From positions 3,846-67,845 of the forward strand of contig CAOXTD010000005.1 in the NCBI GenBank assembly GCA_948560265.1: a DNA stretch of 64,000 nt, read 5' to 3'. Shown here piece by piece: positions 1 to 9,787 of the stretch. Position 1 is the first letter of the stretch. Each line of letters starts with the position of its first letter. The translations under genes and the position numbers were made by a program. The notes beneath the pieces are model-generated. The model saw only the letters and a list, made by a program, of their open reading frames with translations, did no database searches and was not told the origin of the DNA. Source of the stretch: an uncultured Clostridia bacterium. Its GTDB lineage: Bacteria > Bacillota > Clostridia > TANB77 > CAG-508.

Positions 1-2
1 TT

Positions 3-1257
3 ATGCTTTTTTCTACTGTGTTTGATTATATCAATGGGCTTTTCATCAAGAAATATAAAGAAACAAAACAAAATAAAAAGGCGAAAATAGTGCTAATTAA
101 TTCCATTGTTGTGAATTTGGGTATTTTATGCTTTTTTAAATATAGTAATTTCTTGTTAGATAATGTAAATAATGTATTTCATCTAAGTTTGCAATTGTTG
201 AATATTGCACTGCCAATAGGAATTTCATTTTATACATTTCAAACCATGTCCTATACCATAGATGTTTACTTAGAAAAAGTAGAAGTACAGAAGAATATTA
301 TCGACTTTGGATGTTATGTTACATTTTTTCCACAATTAGTAGCAGGACCAATTATCAAATATAGAGATATTAGTACAGAGTTAAAAAATAGGAAAGAAAC
401 CATAGACGATTTTGCGTATGGGATTAGTAGATTATGTGTAGGTCTTTTCAAAAAAGTAATACTTGCAAATCAAATAGGAGTTCTATGGAATGAAATGATA
501 GGAAATCCAATTAGTGAAATACCAGTATTAACAGCCTGGTTTGGAGCGATTTGCTTTAGTTTTCAAATTTATTTCGATTTCTCTGGATATTCTGATATGG
601 CAATAGGACTTCGGAAGAATGTTTGGATTTCATTTCCCAGAAAACTTTAATTATCCCTATACCTCCAAAAGCATTACAGAATTTTGGAGGAGATGGCATA
701 TATCTCTAGGGACTTGGTTTAAAGAATATGTGTACATACCACTTGGCGGAAATAGAGTAGGAATAAAAAAGCAAATAAGAAATATATTCATTGTTTGGCT
801 TCTAACAGGCTTTTGGCATGGAGCAAGTTGGAATTTTGTATTATGGGGCTTATATTTTGGTGTATTGTTAATAATTGAGAAGTTGATACTTGCAAAATAT
901 TTAGAAAAAGTGCCTACAATACTAAGACATATTTATACAATATTTTTAGTTATAATTAGTTGGGTAATATTTGCCTTTGATGATATGGCAAATGTATTTT
1001 TGTATTTAAAAGCAATGTTTGGAATGAATGGAGCAGGGCTATTGAACAGTGAATTAATCTATTTTATTCAAACACATTGGGTATTGATTTTTAGTTGTAT
1101 TTTAGCAAGTACAACCGTTATTAGAAAGATAAATATTGTAAAAAACAAGAATTATTATCCTATTATCAAGAATATAGCTTGTATCGTAATGTTTGTTATT
1201 TCAATATGTTTTCTAATTGGAAGTACTTATAATCCATTTTTGTATTTTAGGTTTTAG
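3..1257 (+). pseudogene. MBOAT family O-acyltransferase (AlgI/DltB-like), 5'-partial. The frame is broken by one extra C at 612 (in-frame CGG). It may be recoded rather than dead.
   Basis: ORFs 3..650 and 619..1257 together carry MBOAT motifs ([39 protein letters not shown]). The frame switches at ctt-C-gga. Skipping C612 reads [22 protein letters not shown]. Confidence 0.85.
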
Positions 1258-1268
1258 GAGGAAAGAAA

Positions 1269-2366
1269 GTGAAAAGAATATCTAACATTATTTATATCGT
1301 TGTCTTTATATTAACGATTATTCTAGTTCCTCTTTTTATTCTGATAACAAAGGATAAAGAATTTTCAAAAAATGAAAATAGATATTTAAGTGGAAAGCCT
1401 AAAATATCAATCCACAATGTGGTAACAGGGAAATATTTTAAAGATTTTGAAAAGTACATAGATGATCAGTTTGTATGTAGAGATAAACTATATGAAATGA
1501 AAACACAAATGCAGTTAATAGTGGGAAACAAAGATATGAATGGTGTGTATATAGCAAAAGATAATTACCTAATAGAAAAGAAATTAGAAAATGAAGTAAA
1601 CAAAGAAAAAGTAAAAGAAAATATAGGCAGACTAAATGAATTTACAAAAAATAATAAGGATAAAAATATTCAAATTATGATTGTACCAACAGCAAGTTTA
1701 ATATTAAAAGATAAACTACCACAAAATGCTGTAGAGTATAATCAAAACGAGGTATTAGATACAGTAAAAAATAATATAACAGATGCTACATTGATAGATT
1801 TAAGGGAAAAATTTTTCTCTCATAAAGACGAATATATCTATTATAAAACGGATCACCATTGGACAACATTAGGTGCTTACTATGCTTACCAAGAATGGTG
1901 CAAGTATAATGGGGTTCATACCAACAATTATACAAAAGAAATCATAACAACAGAATTTAAAGGCTCTTTATATTCCAAAATATTGAATAAAAATGTAGAA
2001 CCTGATAGAATAGAGATTTATCAGCCAATAGAAGAAGTAAATTATGAGGTGTCATACAATTTTAATAAGAGACATAACTCAAGTGTTTATGATTTTGAAA
2101 AAGTAAAAGAAAAAGACAAATATCAAGTATTTTTTGGTGGAAATTATCCAGAATTAAAAATTAGAACAAGTCATAAAAATGAGAAGAATTTATTAATTTT
2201 AAAAGATTCTTATGCCAATTCGTTTATTCCGTTTTTGCTAGGCAATTATGAAAGTATTTGTGTTATTGATATGAGATATTTTAAAGAAGATTTAAAAGGA
2301 TATATGGAGGAAAACGAAGTTTCTGAAATTTTAATATTATACAATGTAGCAAATTTTATTACATAG
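1269..2366 (+). CDS. DHHW family protein (AlgX/AlgJ-like partner of MBOAT acyltransferases)
   Basis: GTG start after AGGAGG, an N-terminal TM helix and the YKTDHHWT motif. It lies immediately downstream of the MBOAT gene. Confidence 0.8.
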   Translation: MKRISNIIYIVVFILTIILVPLFILITKDKEFSKNENRYLSGKPKISIHNVVTGKYFKDFEKYIDDQFVCRDKLYEMKTQMQLIVGNKDMNGVYIAKDNYLIEKKLENEVNKEKVKENIGRLNEFTKNNKDKNIQIMIVPTASLILKDKLPQNAVEYNQNEVLDTVKNNITDATLIDLREKFFSHKDEYIYYKTDHHWTTLGAYYAYQEWCKYNGVHTNNYTKEIITTEFKGSLYSKILNKNVEPDRIEIYQPIEEVNYEVSYNFNKRHNSSVYDFEKVKEKDKYQVFFGGNYPELKIRTSHKNEKNLLILKDSYANSFIPFLLGNYESICVIDMRYFKEDLKGYMEENEVSEILILYNVANFIT

Positions 2367-2374
2367 ACAAACTA

Positions 2375-2464
2375 AGGATGAAGTGATAGAATACCTTGTT
2401 AATGAAACAAAACTATAAAAAGAAGACTGTTCTACTGCATACGATATTATTATGAAAATTGAAT
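2375..2464 (+). repeat. Degenerate copy of the 3' part of small ORF 5549..5716 (gene fragment)
   Basis: About 90 nt nearly identical to 5622..5710 (aaRgatgaagYRatagaataccttgttaatgaaacaaaacta...gaagactgttctactgcatacgatattattatgaaaattgaa). This copy carries an in-frame TAA. Confidence 0.8.
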
Positions 2465-2485
2465 CTATCGAGGAGAAATAATATT

Positions 2486-3040
2486 ATGACTGAAAAAGAA
2501 AAAATGTTAGCAGGAGAATTATATGATGCTAACTATAATGAAAATCTAATAAAAGAAAGATATTTGGCAAAAGATAAATGTTATGATTATAACCAATTAA
2601 GACCATCAAACCATGAAGAAAAAGAAAATATTATAAAAGAAATTTTTGGAAAGACGGGAAATGTCTTTACTATTGAACAACCTTTTATGTGTGATTATGG
2701 ATACAATATAGAAATTGGAGAAAACTTTTATGCTAATCATAACTTAATTATATTGGATGGAAGTAAAGTTCAATTTGGAGATAATGTTTTTATTGCACCA
2801 AATTGTAGCTTTTATACAGCAGGGCATCCACTAGATGCAGAAAGAAGAAATAAAGGATTAGAATATGCAAAACCAATAAAAGTAGGAAATAATGTATGGA
2901 TTGGTGGAAATGTTATTGTACTTCCAGGGGTAACTATTGGAGATAATACTGTAATAGGTGCAGGAAGTGTTGTAAATAAAGATATACCATCAAATGTTGT
3001 AGCAGTCGGAAATCCTTGTAAAGTAATAAAACAATTATAA
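2486..3040 (+). CDS. maa: Maltose/galactoside O-acetyltransferase (hexapeptide-repeat, Maa/LacA family)
   Basis: ATG at 2486 follows GAGGAG. The N-terminal MTEKEKMLAGELYDANY and the left-handed beta-helix repeats (VWIGGNVIVLPGVTIGDNTVIGAGSVV) are typical of the family. Confidence 0.85.
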   Translation: MTEKEKMLAGELYDANYNENLIKERYLAKDKCYDYNQLRPSNHEEKENIIKEIFGKTGNVFTIEQPFMCDYGYNIEIGENFYANHNLIILDGSKVQFGDNVFIAPNCSFYTAGHPLDAERRNKGLEYAKPIKVGNNVWIGGNVIVLPGVTIGDNTVIGAGSVVNKDIPSNVVAVGNPCKVIKQL

Positions 3041-3060
3041 TAAAAACTTACAATTTATAA

Positions 3061-3083
3061 AGCAGAGAATATCTGCTTTTTTT
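3061..3083 (+). terminator. Rho-independent terminator after maa
   Basis: Hairpin agcaga-gaata-tctgct followed by a T7 run. Confidence 0.7.
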
Positions 3084-3114
3084 GTGCGAATAAAAAAATT
3101 TTTTTGTTAAAATA

Positions 3115-3156
3115 TTGACAACTGTTATATAGTGTTATATTATACATATAACAGTT
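3115..3156 (+). promoter_or_regulatory. SigA-type promoter (TTGACA-17-TATTAT) overlapped by an 11-bp inverted repeat, the likely GntR/YtrA operator
   Basis: ttgaca lies at 3115-3120 and tattat at 3138-3143. The inverted repeat is aactgttatat (3120-3130) / atataacagtt (3146-3156), directly upstream of the GntR gene. Confidence 0.6.
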
Positions 3157-3167
3157 GAGGAGAAAAT

Positions 3168-3545
3168 ATGAAAATTATTATTAGCAATAGCAGTTCAATC
3201 CCTATTTATCAACAGATTAAGAATGCAATTATAGGTCAAATTGTGAATGGAGAGCTACAAGAAGATGAAAAAATACCTTCTATTCGATCATTAGCACAGG
3301 ATATAAGAATAAGTGTTATGACAATAAAAAAAGCTTATGATGAATTAGAACAAGAAGGATATATAATAACAAGACAAGGAAAAGGTAGTCATGTAGCACC
3401 AAAAAATATAGAACTTGCAAAAGAACAGGCTCAAAAAGATATAGAAATGTATATAGAAAAAATTGTTGATATTTCTAATAGATTTGAGATAGATGAGAAT
3501 GATGTGCTTGAATTGTTTAAAATACTTTATAGGGAGGAACTGTAA
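3168..3545 (+). CDS. GntR family transcriptional regulator (YtrA subfamily, short C-terminus)
   Basis: The winged-HTH sequence PSIRSLAQDIRISVMTIKKAYDELEQEGYI is present. The protein is 125 aa and its stop overlaps the ABC gene start (TAATG). Confidence 0.85.
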   Translation: MKIIISNSSSIPIYQQIKNAIIGQIVNGELQEDEKIPSIRSLAQDIRISVMTIKKAYDELEQEGYIITRQGKGSHVAPKNIELAKEQAQKDIEMYIEKIVDISNRFEIDENDVLELFKILYREEL

Positions 3546-4417
3546 TGGAAAATATTATAGAAATTAAAAATTTGAAAAAGAAATATGATGACAAATTTGA
3601 ATTAGGCGAAATTGATATAAAAATACCCAAAGGAGTTATTGTAGGTCTTATTGGAGAAAATGGAGCAGGAAAAACAACTCTAATAAAATCAATGCTAAAT
3701 ATTATAAAGATTGATAGTGGAGAAATAAGAATATTTGGAAAAGACTATAAGAAAGAAGAAATAGCTATAAAAGAAGATATAGGTGTAGTTTTAGATAATA
3801 TGTTTTTTCCAGAATTATTAAATGCTAAAGACATAAATAATTCTATGAAAGATATATACAAAAATTGGGATAGTAAATTATATTTTTCTTATTTAAAAGA
3901 ATTTAATTTACCAGATAACAAATCTCTAAAATCAATGTCAAAGGGAATGAGAAAGAAATTAGAAATTGCCACAGCTTTAGCTCATAAACCAAAATTATTA
4001 ATATTAGATGAACCAACGAGTGGATTAGATCCAGTTGTAAGAAATGAAGTTTTAGATATATTTCTAAAATTTATAGAAGATGAAGAACATTCGATTATTT
4101 TATCAACACATATAACAAGTGATTTAGAGCATATAGCAGATGAGATTATATTTATTGATAAAGGAAAAAAAGTGTTACAAAAGTCAAGAGATGAAATAAT
4201 TGATAACTATGGAATTTTAAAATGTGATATTGATTATTTTTCAAATATTGATAAAAAAGATATTATCGTATATAAGAAAACGAAATATGCTTATGAAATA
4301 TTAGTTAGTAATAAAGAACAAGCAAGTAGAAAATATAATGGATGTGTAATAGACAGAATTACACTTGAAGATTTAATGGTATTAGTAATTAAGGGGGAAA
4401 AGGTATGTTTGGATTAA
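3545..4417 (+). CDS. ABC transporter ATP-binding protein
   Basis: Walker A GENGAGKTT, signature MSKGMRKK and Walker B LLILDEP. Confidence 0.9.
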   Translation: MENIIEIKNLKKKYDDKFELGEIDIKIPKGVIVGLIGENGAGKTTLIKSMLNIIKIDSGEIRIFGKDYKKEEIAIKEDIGVVLDNMFFPELLNAKDINNSMKDIYKNWDSKLYFSYLKEFNLPDNKSLKSMSKGMRKKLEIATALAHKPKLLILDEPTSGLDPVVRNEVLDIFLKFIEDEEHSIILSTHITSDLEHIADEIIFIDKGKKVLQKSRDEIIDNYGILKCDIDYFSNIDKKDIIVYKKTKYAYEILVSNKEQASRKYNGCVIDRITLEDLMVLVIKGEKVCLD

Positions 4418-5037
4418 TAAAAAAAGATTTCTTACTGATAAAAGCAAATCTAAAATCAATGATGATTGTATTTATAGTTTATTTAGTATTAACATTTCAA
4501 GGAACATTCGATGTTACATTTATAGTACCACTAATTGGAATAATGTTATTTATATCAACATTTAGTTATGATGATTTTAATAATTGGAACTCTTATGCAG
4601 TAACTTTGCCAAATGGGAGAAAAAATGTAGTCAGAGCAAAATACATAGCTTCTATAATTTTAACAGTTATTTTAGGAATAGGAGCTTTGGCTATAGGAAT
4701 AGGAATCAGCTATACAAAAACAAATAGTATAAATTTAGATGAGATTATATCATCCTTAATGGGAACAATGCTATCAAGTATTATTATAATCACTTTACTT
4801 TATCCAATAGTGTTCAAATTCGGAGCTACAAATGGGAGAATAATATTATTTGCAGTAGTATTTGGAATAGCAGGAATAGGAGCTTTTATTGCCCAATTTG
4901 TAGATATGACATTTATTATAAATATGATAAATAGATTAGATAGTTATGCACTCGTAGCAATTCCAATAATTTCTGTAATATTATTAGGTATCTCATATCT
5001 AATATCAAACAAAATATATCAAAGTAAAGAATTTTAG
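4405..5037 (+). CDS. ABC-2 type transporter permease
   Basis: Multi-TM hydrophobic protein, translationally coupled (13-nt overlap) to the ATPase gene. This is the typical YtrA-type operon layout. Confidence 0.7.
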   Translation: MFGLIKKDFLLIKANLKSMMIVFIVYLVLTFQGTFDVTFIVPLIGIMLFISTFSYDDFNNWNSYAVTLPNGRKNVVRAKYIASIILTVILGIGALAIGIGISYTKTNSINLDEIISSLMGTMLSSIIIITLLYPIVFKFGATNGRIILFAVVFGIAGIGAFIAQFVDMTFIINMINRLDSYALVAIPIISVILLGISYLISNKIYQSKEF

Positions 5038-5115
5038 TTATAAACCTAATAAGTGAAAAAATGTTGTAATTTGTGTTATAATTATCTTGAGAAATTACAA
5101 TTTAGGAGTGAGAAT

Positions 5116-5514
5116 ATGGTAGAGCAAAATATCAAAAGAGAATTTAATTGTGATATAGAAAGGCTATGGAATATTATTACTGACAATAATAATTATATTT
5201 GGAGAAGTGATTTGTTAAAAATTGAAATAATTGATGATAAACATTTTGTAGAATATGCTAAAAATAATTATCCTACTTATTTCACAATCACTTCAAAAGA
5301 GAAATTAAAAGAATATAAATTTGATATAGAAAATACTAACATTAAAGGTAAATGGATAGGAATATTTAAAAAGTTAGATAATGGAAATGTGTTATTGGAT
5401 TTTACAGAGAAAATAGAAATCAATAATTTCATAATGAAGTTATTAGCAAAACCTTATTTGAAAAACCAACAAAAAAGATATATAAAAGATTTAGAAAAAG
5501 AATTGAATAAGTAA
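5116..5514 (+). CDS. SRPBCC-like small protein (function unknown)
   Basis: ATG at 5116 follows AGGAGTGAG. Size and sequence style (REFNCDIERLWNIITD...) fit the SRPBCC/START-like fold. The assignment is tentative. Confidence 0.5.
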   Translation: MVEQNIKREFNCDIERLWNIITDNNNYIWRSDLLKIEIIDDKHFVEYAKNNYPTYFTITSKEKLKEYKFDIENTNIKGKWIGIFKKLDNGNVLLDFTEKIEINNFIMKLLAKPYLKNQQKRYIKDLEKELNK

Positions 5515-5548
5515 TTGACAACTTATAACTTGAAAGTGAGATGAAATT

Positions 5549-5716
5549 ATGAATAAAGAAGTAAAAAAAGTTATTGAAAAATTTAAAGGAGTAAAAAATA
5601 TATTAAAAGATTTTCCTAATAAAGATGAAGCAATAGAATACCTTGTTAATGAAACAAAACTATCAAAAGAAGACTGTTCTACTGCATACGATATTATTAT
5701 GAAAATTGAAGACTAA
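5549..5716 (+). CDS. Small hypothetical protein (55 aa), not in the ORF track
   Basis: Translation is MNKEVKKVIEKFKGVKNILKDFPNKDEAIEYLVNETKLSKEDCSTAYDIIMKIED. A GTGAG RBS-like sequence lies upstream. Its 3' half is duplicated, in decayed form, at 2375..2464. Confidence 0.45.
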   Translation: MNKEVKKVIEKFKGVKNILKDFPNKDEAIEYLVNETKLSKEDCSTAYDIIMKIED

Positions 5717-5818
5717 ATTGCAATTTTATGACTATAAATTTTGAATGTTAATAAGCATTGCTTGTAGCAACGGGCTATTCTTTATATAATAGTTTATGAA
5801 GAAAGGAGTTGTTCTAAA

Positions 5819-6328
5819 ATGTTAAAAGAAAACATTAAATCAATAAGAAAATCGAAAGGGCTTTCACAAGAAGAGCTTGCTATTAAACTAAATGTGGTAA
5901 GACAAACTATTTCTAAATGGGAACAAGGATTATCGGTTCCTGATTCAGAAATGCTAGTTTCTATATCAGAGGTTCTTGAAACGCCAGTGAGCATTTTACT
6001 TGGAGAAAATATTTCAGAGACTAAAGTAGATGATTTGAAAGCAATTTCTGAAAAATTAGAAGTAATAAACTTACAACTATTACAAGGGAAGAAGGCAAGA
6101 AGAAAAATGCTTCATTGGATGTTAATTACATTATGTGCAATCATCATAATAATTTTTATCTCTTTAGTTTTATGTAATAGTCCTTATTTGAATTTGGATT
6201 ATAATGATCCTGAAAGTGCTGTTTTAGGATTTGCTTTTCATTCGTTTGAATGGTTATTTATTAGAATAGCACCAATAATTCTTATTGTATCAATTGTTGG
6301 AGTTGTACTGACACGAAAGAAAGTTTAA
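5819..6328 (+). CDS. XRE family HTH transcriptional regulator with C-terminal TM segments
   Basis: HTH_3 motif KGLSQEELAIKLNVVRQTISKWEQG, plus two hydrophobic helices in the C-terminal half. Confidence 0.8.
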   Translation: MLKENIKSIRKSKGLSQEELAIKLNVVRQTISKWEQGLSVPDSEMLVSISEVLETPVSILLGENISETKVDDLKAISEKLEVINLQLLQGKKARRKMLHWMLITLCAIIIIIFISLVLCNSPYLNLDYNDPESAVLGFAFHSFEWLFIRIAPIILIVSIVGVVLTRKKV

Positions 6329-6479
6329 AATTGTTTGTAATATAGGGTAGATAATTGATTTGAAATTATCTACTTTTTATTATATAATGCTAACAACAGA
6401 TAGTAAGTTGTCGTTGAGATTAAGATTGATAATAATGGAGATATTATTGACAATAACATACTTGTAACAATAGATTGTA

Positions 6480-6513
6480 TGATATAATTATCCACTAGTT
6501 ATACTAGTGGATA
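6480..6513 (+). promoter_or_regulatory. Extended -10 (TGaTATAAT) followed by a perfect 10-bp-arm palindrome, a possible operator upstream of the sigma factor gene
   Basis: tgatataat lies at 6480-6488. The palindrome tatccactag-ttata-ctagtggata lies at 6489-6513. Confidence 0.35.
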
Positions 6514-6615
6514 GTTATATTTTAACAATTTTATATAAAAGTGAAAGGAATTGTTATAAAAAAACATCTAATATTATAGTTGAGTTTGCAAACAAAATTA
6601 GAAAGGTATTTTACT

Positions 6616-7149
6616 ATGGAGGAATTAGTAAAGAAAGCAAAAATAGGAGATAAAGATGCTTTTTCTACTCTTATTTTACTATTAGAAAAGGATTTATACA
6701 AAATTGCAAAAATGAGATTAAAAGATGATGAAGATGTATATGATGCAGTACAAGAAACAATTTTAATCGCTTTTAAATCTATAAAAAGATTAAAACATGT
6801 AGAATACTTCAAGACTTGGATAATTAGGATTTTGATAAATCAGAGCAATTACATTTATAGGCAGAGGACTAAGAAAAAGGTACTATCTTTTGAAGATACT
6901 GAGAAGGATATTTCAAGTGAAATCTCAAATATGGAAAATATAGACACGGTATTAGATTTTAATTTTATGTGTAAAAAACTAAAATATGAAGATAGAATTA
7001 TCATAATTTTATATTATATGGAGAGATTTACAGATAAAGAAATTGGCGAAATTTTGAATTTGAAAGAAAGAACAGTTACTACAAAAAGAAACCGAGCTAA
7101 GCAAAAGATTAAGACTATTTTAAATTGGGAGGATAAGAAAGATGGATGA
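6616..7149 (+). CDS. RNA polymerase sigma-70 family (ECF-like) sigma factor
   Basis: Region 2 (LYKIAKMRLKDDEDVYDAVQETILIAF) and region 4 HTH (FTDKEIGEILNLKERTVTTKRNRAKQKI) are present. ATG 6616 is the likely start. Confidence 0.85.
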   Translation: MEELVKKAKIGDKDAFSTLILLLEKDLYKIAKMRLKDDEDVYDAVQETILIAFKSIKRLKHVEYFKTWIIRILINQSNYIYRQRTKKKVLSFEDTEKDISSEISNMENIDTVLDFNFMCKKLKYEDRIIIILYYMERFTDKEIGEILNLKERTVTTKRNRAKQKIKTILNWEDKKDG

Positions 7150-8296
7150 ACTAGATAAAAAGTTATATAATGACTTGAATTTAGAAATAGAAGTTCCTGG
7201 TAAACTTAAAAAGATTATTAAAGAGGAATTACAAAAAGAAAGAAAGAAAGAAACTCATTATTCATTTTCAAAGATAGTAATAACAGCTTGTGTAAGTTTA
7301 TTAGTGACTACAGGAATAGTATATGCTGGAACAGTATTGACTAATAATATATGGAAAGAGCCTGAAAAAGTAATAGGTTTTTATTCAGAAGAAAATAAAA
7401 ATCAAAATATAATTACAGAAAGTGAAAGAGCAAGAGCGATGTCAAAAACGGAGGCAGAATCAAAAGCTAAGGAGTTATTAAAAAAATTTGGTCATAGTAA
7501 TGAGACGATAAAGCTAATTGAGCTTGACAGTAATCCAAACAATTATGAATTGATATGGCATATTGAAACTAATAATAAAAGTATTATTGAATTTGAAGCA
7601 GAAAAGGGAAAATCTTTTTCTGTATTCTTTGAAAGTGTATTAGCTAAGAATATTGATAACTATAGGACAACTGAAGAAAAAGCAATAAAAACAGCAGAAA
7701 AATTATGTAAAAAATATGGCTATTTTCCAAATAAATATTCAGACATAGAGATAAGATCTAATCTAGTATCTCAGAAGGATGCATATATTTGGTATGCTGA
7801 TTTTAGTAAAAAGTATGATGATATGGTTAATCCTTTTGAAAAGATAAAAATTGGATTTATACCTGAAATAAATGAAATATACTATTTTATAGTCAAAGAT
7901 GAAGAATATGATAATAATTCAATTGAAGTATCTAAAGAGCAAGCTGAAAAGATTGCATTAGATGCAGAACAACAAATTAATACTGGATACAATATCAAAA
8001 GCATCTATTCTAATTTAGATATAGCTAAGATGAATGGTGACGCATATGCAAGGAAAGTGGATTATGACCAGTATTATCAAGAAAGACATTCAAAGAACTA
8101 TTCGATAAATGATACCATCATTTATCGTACAGATAGTTATATTAGAAAGGTATGGATGGTAACAATAGAATATGATACTTTAAATAAAGATAATACTAAT
8201 GTTTATGATGAATACTACACATATTATATTGATGTAACAACTGGAGAGATAATTGGTGGAAATCCAATTTATTATATGACAAGATTACAAAGATAA
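7142..8296 (+). CDS. Putative anti-sigma factor (single TM, large extracytoplasmic domain)
   Basis: Its start overlaps the sigma gene stop by 8 nt. It has a short N-terminal cytoplasmic segment and one TM helix (VITACVSLLVTTGIVYAGTVL). The role is inferred from context. Confidence 0.5.
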   Translation: MDELDKKLYNDLNLEIEVPGKLKKIIKEELQKERKKETHYSFSKIVITACVSLLVTTGIVYAGTVLTNNIWKEPEKVIGFYSEENKNQNIITESERARAMSKTEAESKAKELLKKFGHSNETIKLIELDSNPNNYELIWHIETNNKSIIEFEAEKGKSFSVFFESVLAKNIDNYRTTEEKAIKTAEKLCKKYGYFPNKYSDIEIRSNLVSQKDAYIWYADFSKKYDDMVNPFEKIKIGFIPEINEIYYFIVKDEEYDNNSIEVSKEQAEKIALDAEQQINTGYNIKSIYSNLDIAKMNGDAYARKVDYDQYYQERHSKNYSINDTIIYRTDSYIRKVWMVTIEYDTLNKDNTNVYDEYYTYYIDVTTGEIIGGNPIYYMTRLQR

Positions 8297-8386
8297 TAAT
8301 AGAAAATCTAAAGATAATTAAACTAGATATTTGAAATAGCATTTATTAATAATTTATCGTTATAGATTATAAATGAAAAGGTTAAA

Positions 8387-8968
8387 ATGGTAGTAAGAAT
8401 GAACAGAAATAAGAAAATAATTATTGGAATTTTAATTGCAGGATTGATGGTTATTTGTGTAATTGTTGCATACAAAATAATTGAAAAAAGTGTTACAGAT
8501 AGAGAAAATTTAAAATTAAAAGCTGAAAACATTAATTCTAATCCTATTGAAACAGTTAATCAGGAAAAAGATGAGCAAATTTATTCTAAAGTAATAGATA
8601 ATTTTAAATTAGAATTAGATATTCCAAGTGAGTGGAAATATGAAGAAATGCCAAAAAATGAAGAAAATAATTTTTATAAATATGCTTTAAAATTATATAA
8701 AAGTAATGAAAATCAATATGCAATGTTATATTTTTATAATAATCAATTTAACGTTTGTGGTACAGGGAGAACATCGGAAAATATAACTTTAAATAATGGA
8801 AAACAAGCAACTATTGGATATTATTATGGAAATAAAAATTGGAGCGATATTTCGTTTCACAATATCAATAAAAATATAGCAGTTATGAATTACGGCTTAA
8901 CAAATGATGATGCAGATGTAGTGATAGAATTTATAAAAACAATAAATATTACTGAAAATAATTTATAA
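8387..8968 (+). CDS. Hypothetical membrane-anchored protein
   Basis: Long ORF with an N-terminal TM anchor. I do not recognise the family. Confidence 0.5.
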   Translation: MVVRMNRNKKIIIGILIAGLMVICVIVAYKIIEKSVTDRENLKLKAENINSNPIETVNQEKDEQIYSKVIDNFKLELDIPSEWKYEEMPKNEENNFYKYALKLYKSNENQYAMLYFYNNQFNVCGTGRTSENITLNNGKQATIGYYYGNKNWSDISFHNINKNIAVMNYGLTNDDADVVIEFIKTINITENNL

Positions 8969-9037
8969 GTAACTACAAAATTACAAGTAGTCGAGAAATA
9001 TGAGTAACATATTAATTGTAGATGACGAAAATCCAAA

Positions 9038-9117
9038 AGATAGTTAGTTGATTTGCTAATTATCTGTTTTTATATTATAATTGCAACAACAAATAGGAAA
9101 TTGTAGGGGAAATAAAT
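9038..9117 (+). repeat. Cassette junction module, copy 1: terminator hairpin, then atattataattg, then the conserved leader aaataggaaattgtagggga
   Basis: Hairpin agatagttag/ctaattatct followed by a T-run. Related copies lie at 10475..10520, 20345..20418 and 22322..22402. Confidence 0.6.
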
Positions 9118-9588
9118 ATGATATTTGTTTTATTAGGTGCAGTAATATTTTTATTTATCCCGTTTATAATATGTGGAATATTAGTAGGTATAATAATACG
9201 TGTAGTACAAACAAAGTTAATAAAAAGTAAGGTACTCAAAGCTTTCATAGTTATAAGCATATTATTCGGTATAGGTATAACATTAATCAATATTAAAGAG
9301 GAAAGACCTAGTGCTTCATATACAAAAATGAAGGAAATTAGTGATAATAAAAATCTTAAAGGATTATCGAAAGAAGAAGTTGTTGCATTATTAGGAGAGC
9401 CAGGATATGAAAAATATACTAAGAAAGATGGTAGAGAGGTTTATAGATACCATGCAGGAGGTATAGATAAAGGATTGTTTTTATACAATATATCTATTTT
9501 TTTCGATTGCTCATACGGCTATGTACTTAATGTGTATTTTGATGAAAATAATAAAGTAAGCTCTACTTCAATGCAGTGCGTTCCTTAA
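9118..9588 (+). CDS. Hypothetical membrane protein
   Basis: Two N-terminal TM helices and a soluble C-terminal domain. Family not recognised. Confidence 0.5.
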   Translation: MIFVLLGAVIFLFIPFIICGILVGIIIRVVQTKLIKSKVLKAFIVISILFGIGITLINIKEERPSASYTKMKEISDNKNLKGLSKEEVVALLGEPGYEKYTKKDGREVYRYHAGGIDKGLFLYNISIFFDCSYGYVLNVYFDENNKVSSTSMQCVP

Positions 9589-9787
9589 AAGTGGTTAGAC
9601 AATTCTTAAGCTAAAGTGAAAATTGAGACTTATAAGCAAATTTGCCAAAAACTGGAAAATATGCTATAATATAGGTATATATTGGTAAAAGAGCAAAATA
9701 AACGAAAGTTTATGACGCAAAGCCATAGGTCTAAAAGCATTTTGCTTATGATAGCTAGGTTGCACAGAAGATAAGGAGATGGTAAAT

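Noticed and set aside
6531-6812. Several 60-100-aa ORFs on the strand opposite annotated genes (for example 5794..5994, 6531..6812, 8323..8532, 9075..9290, 9664..9891, 20208..20474, 29560..29805, 46611..46808, 62506..62892).
   Set aside because: They lack an RBS, are hydrophobic or low-complexity AT-rich shadow translations, and overlap better-supported genes or repeat elements.
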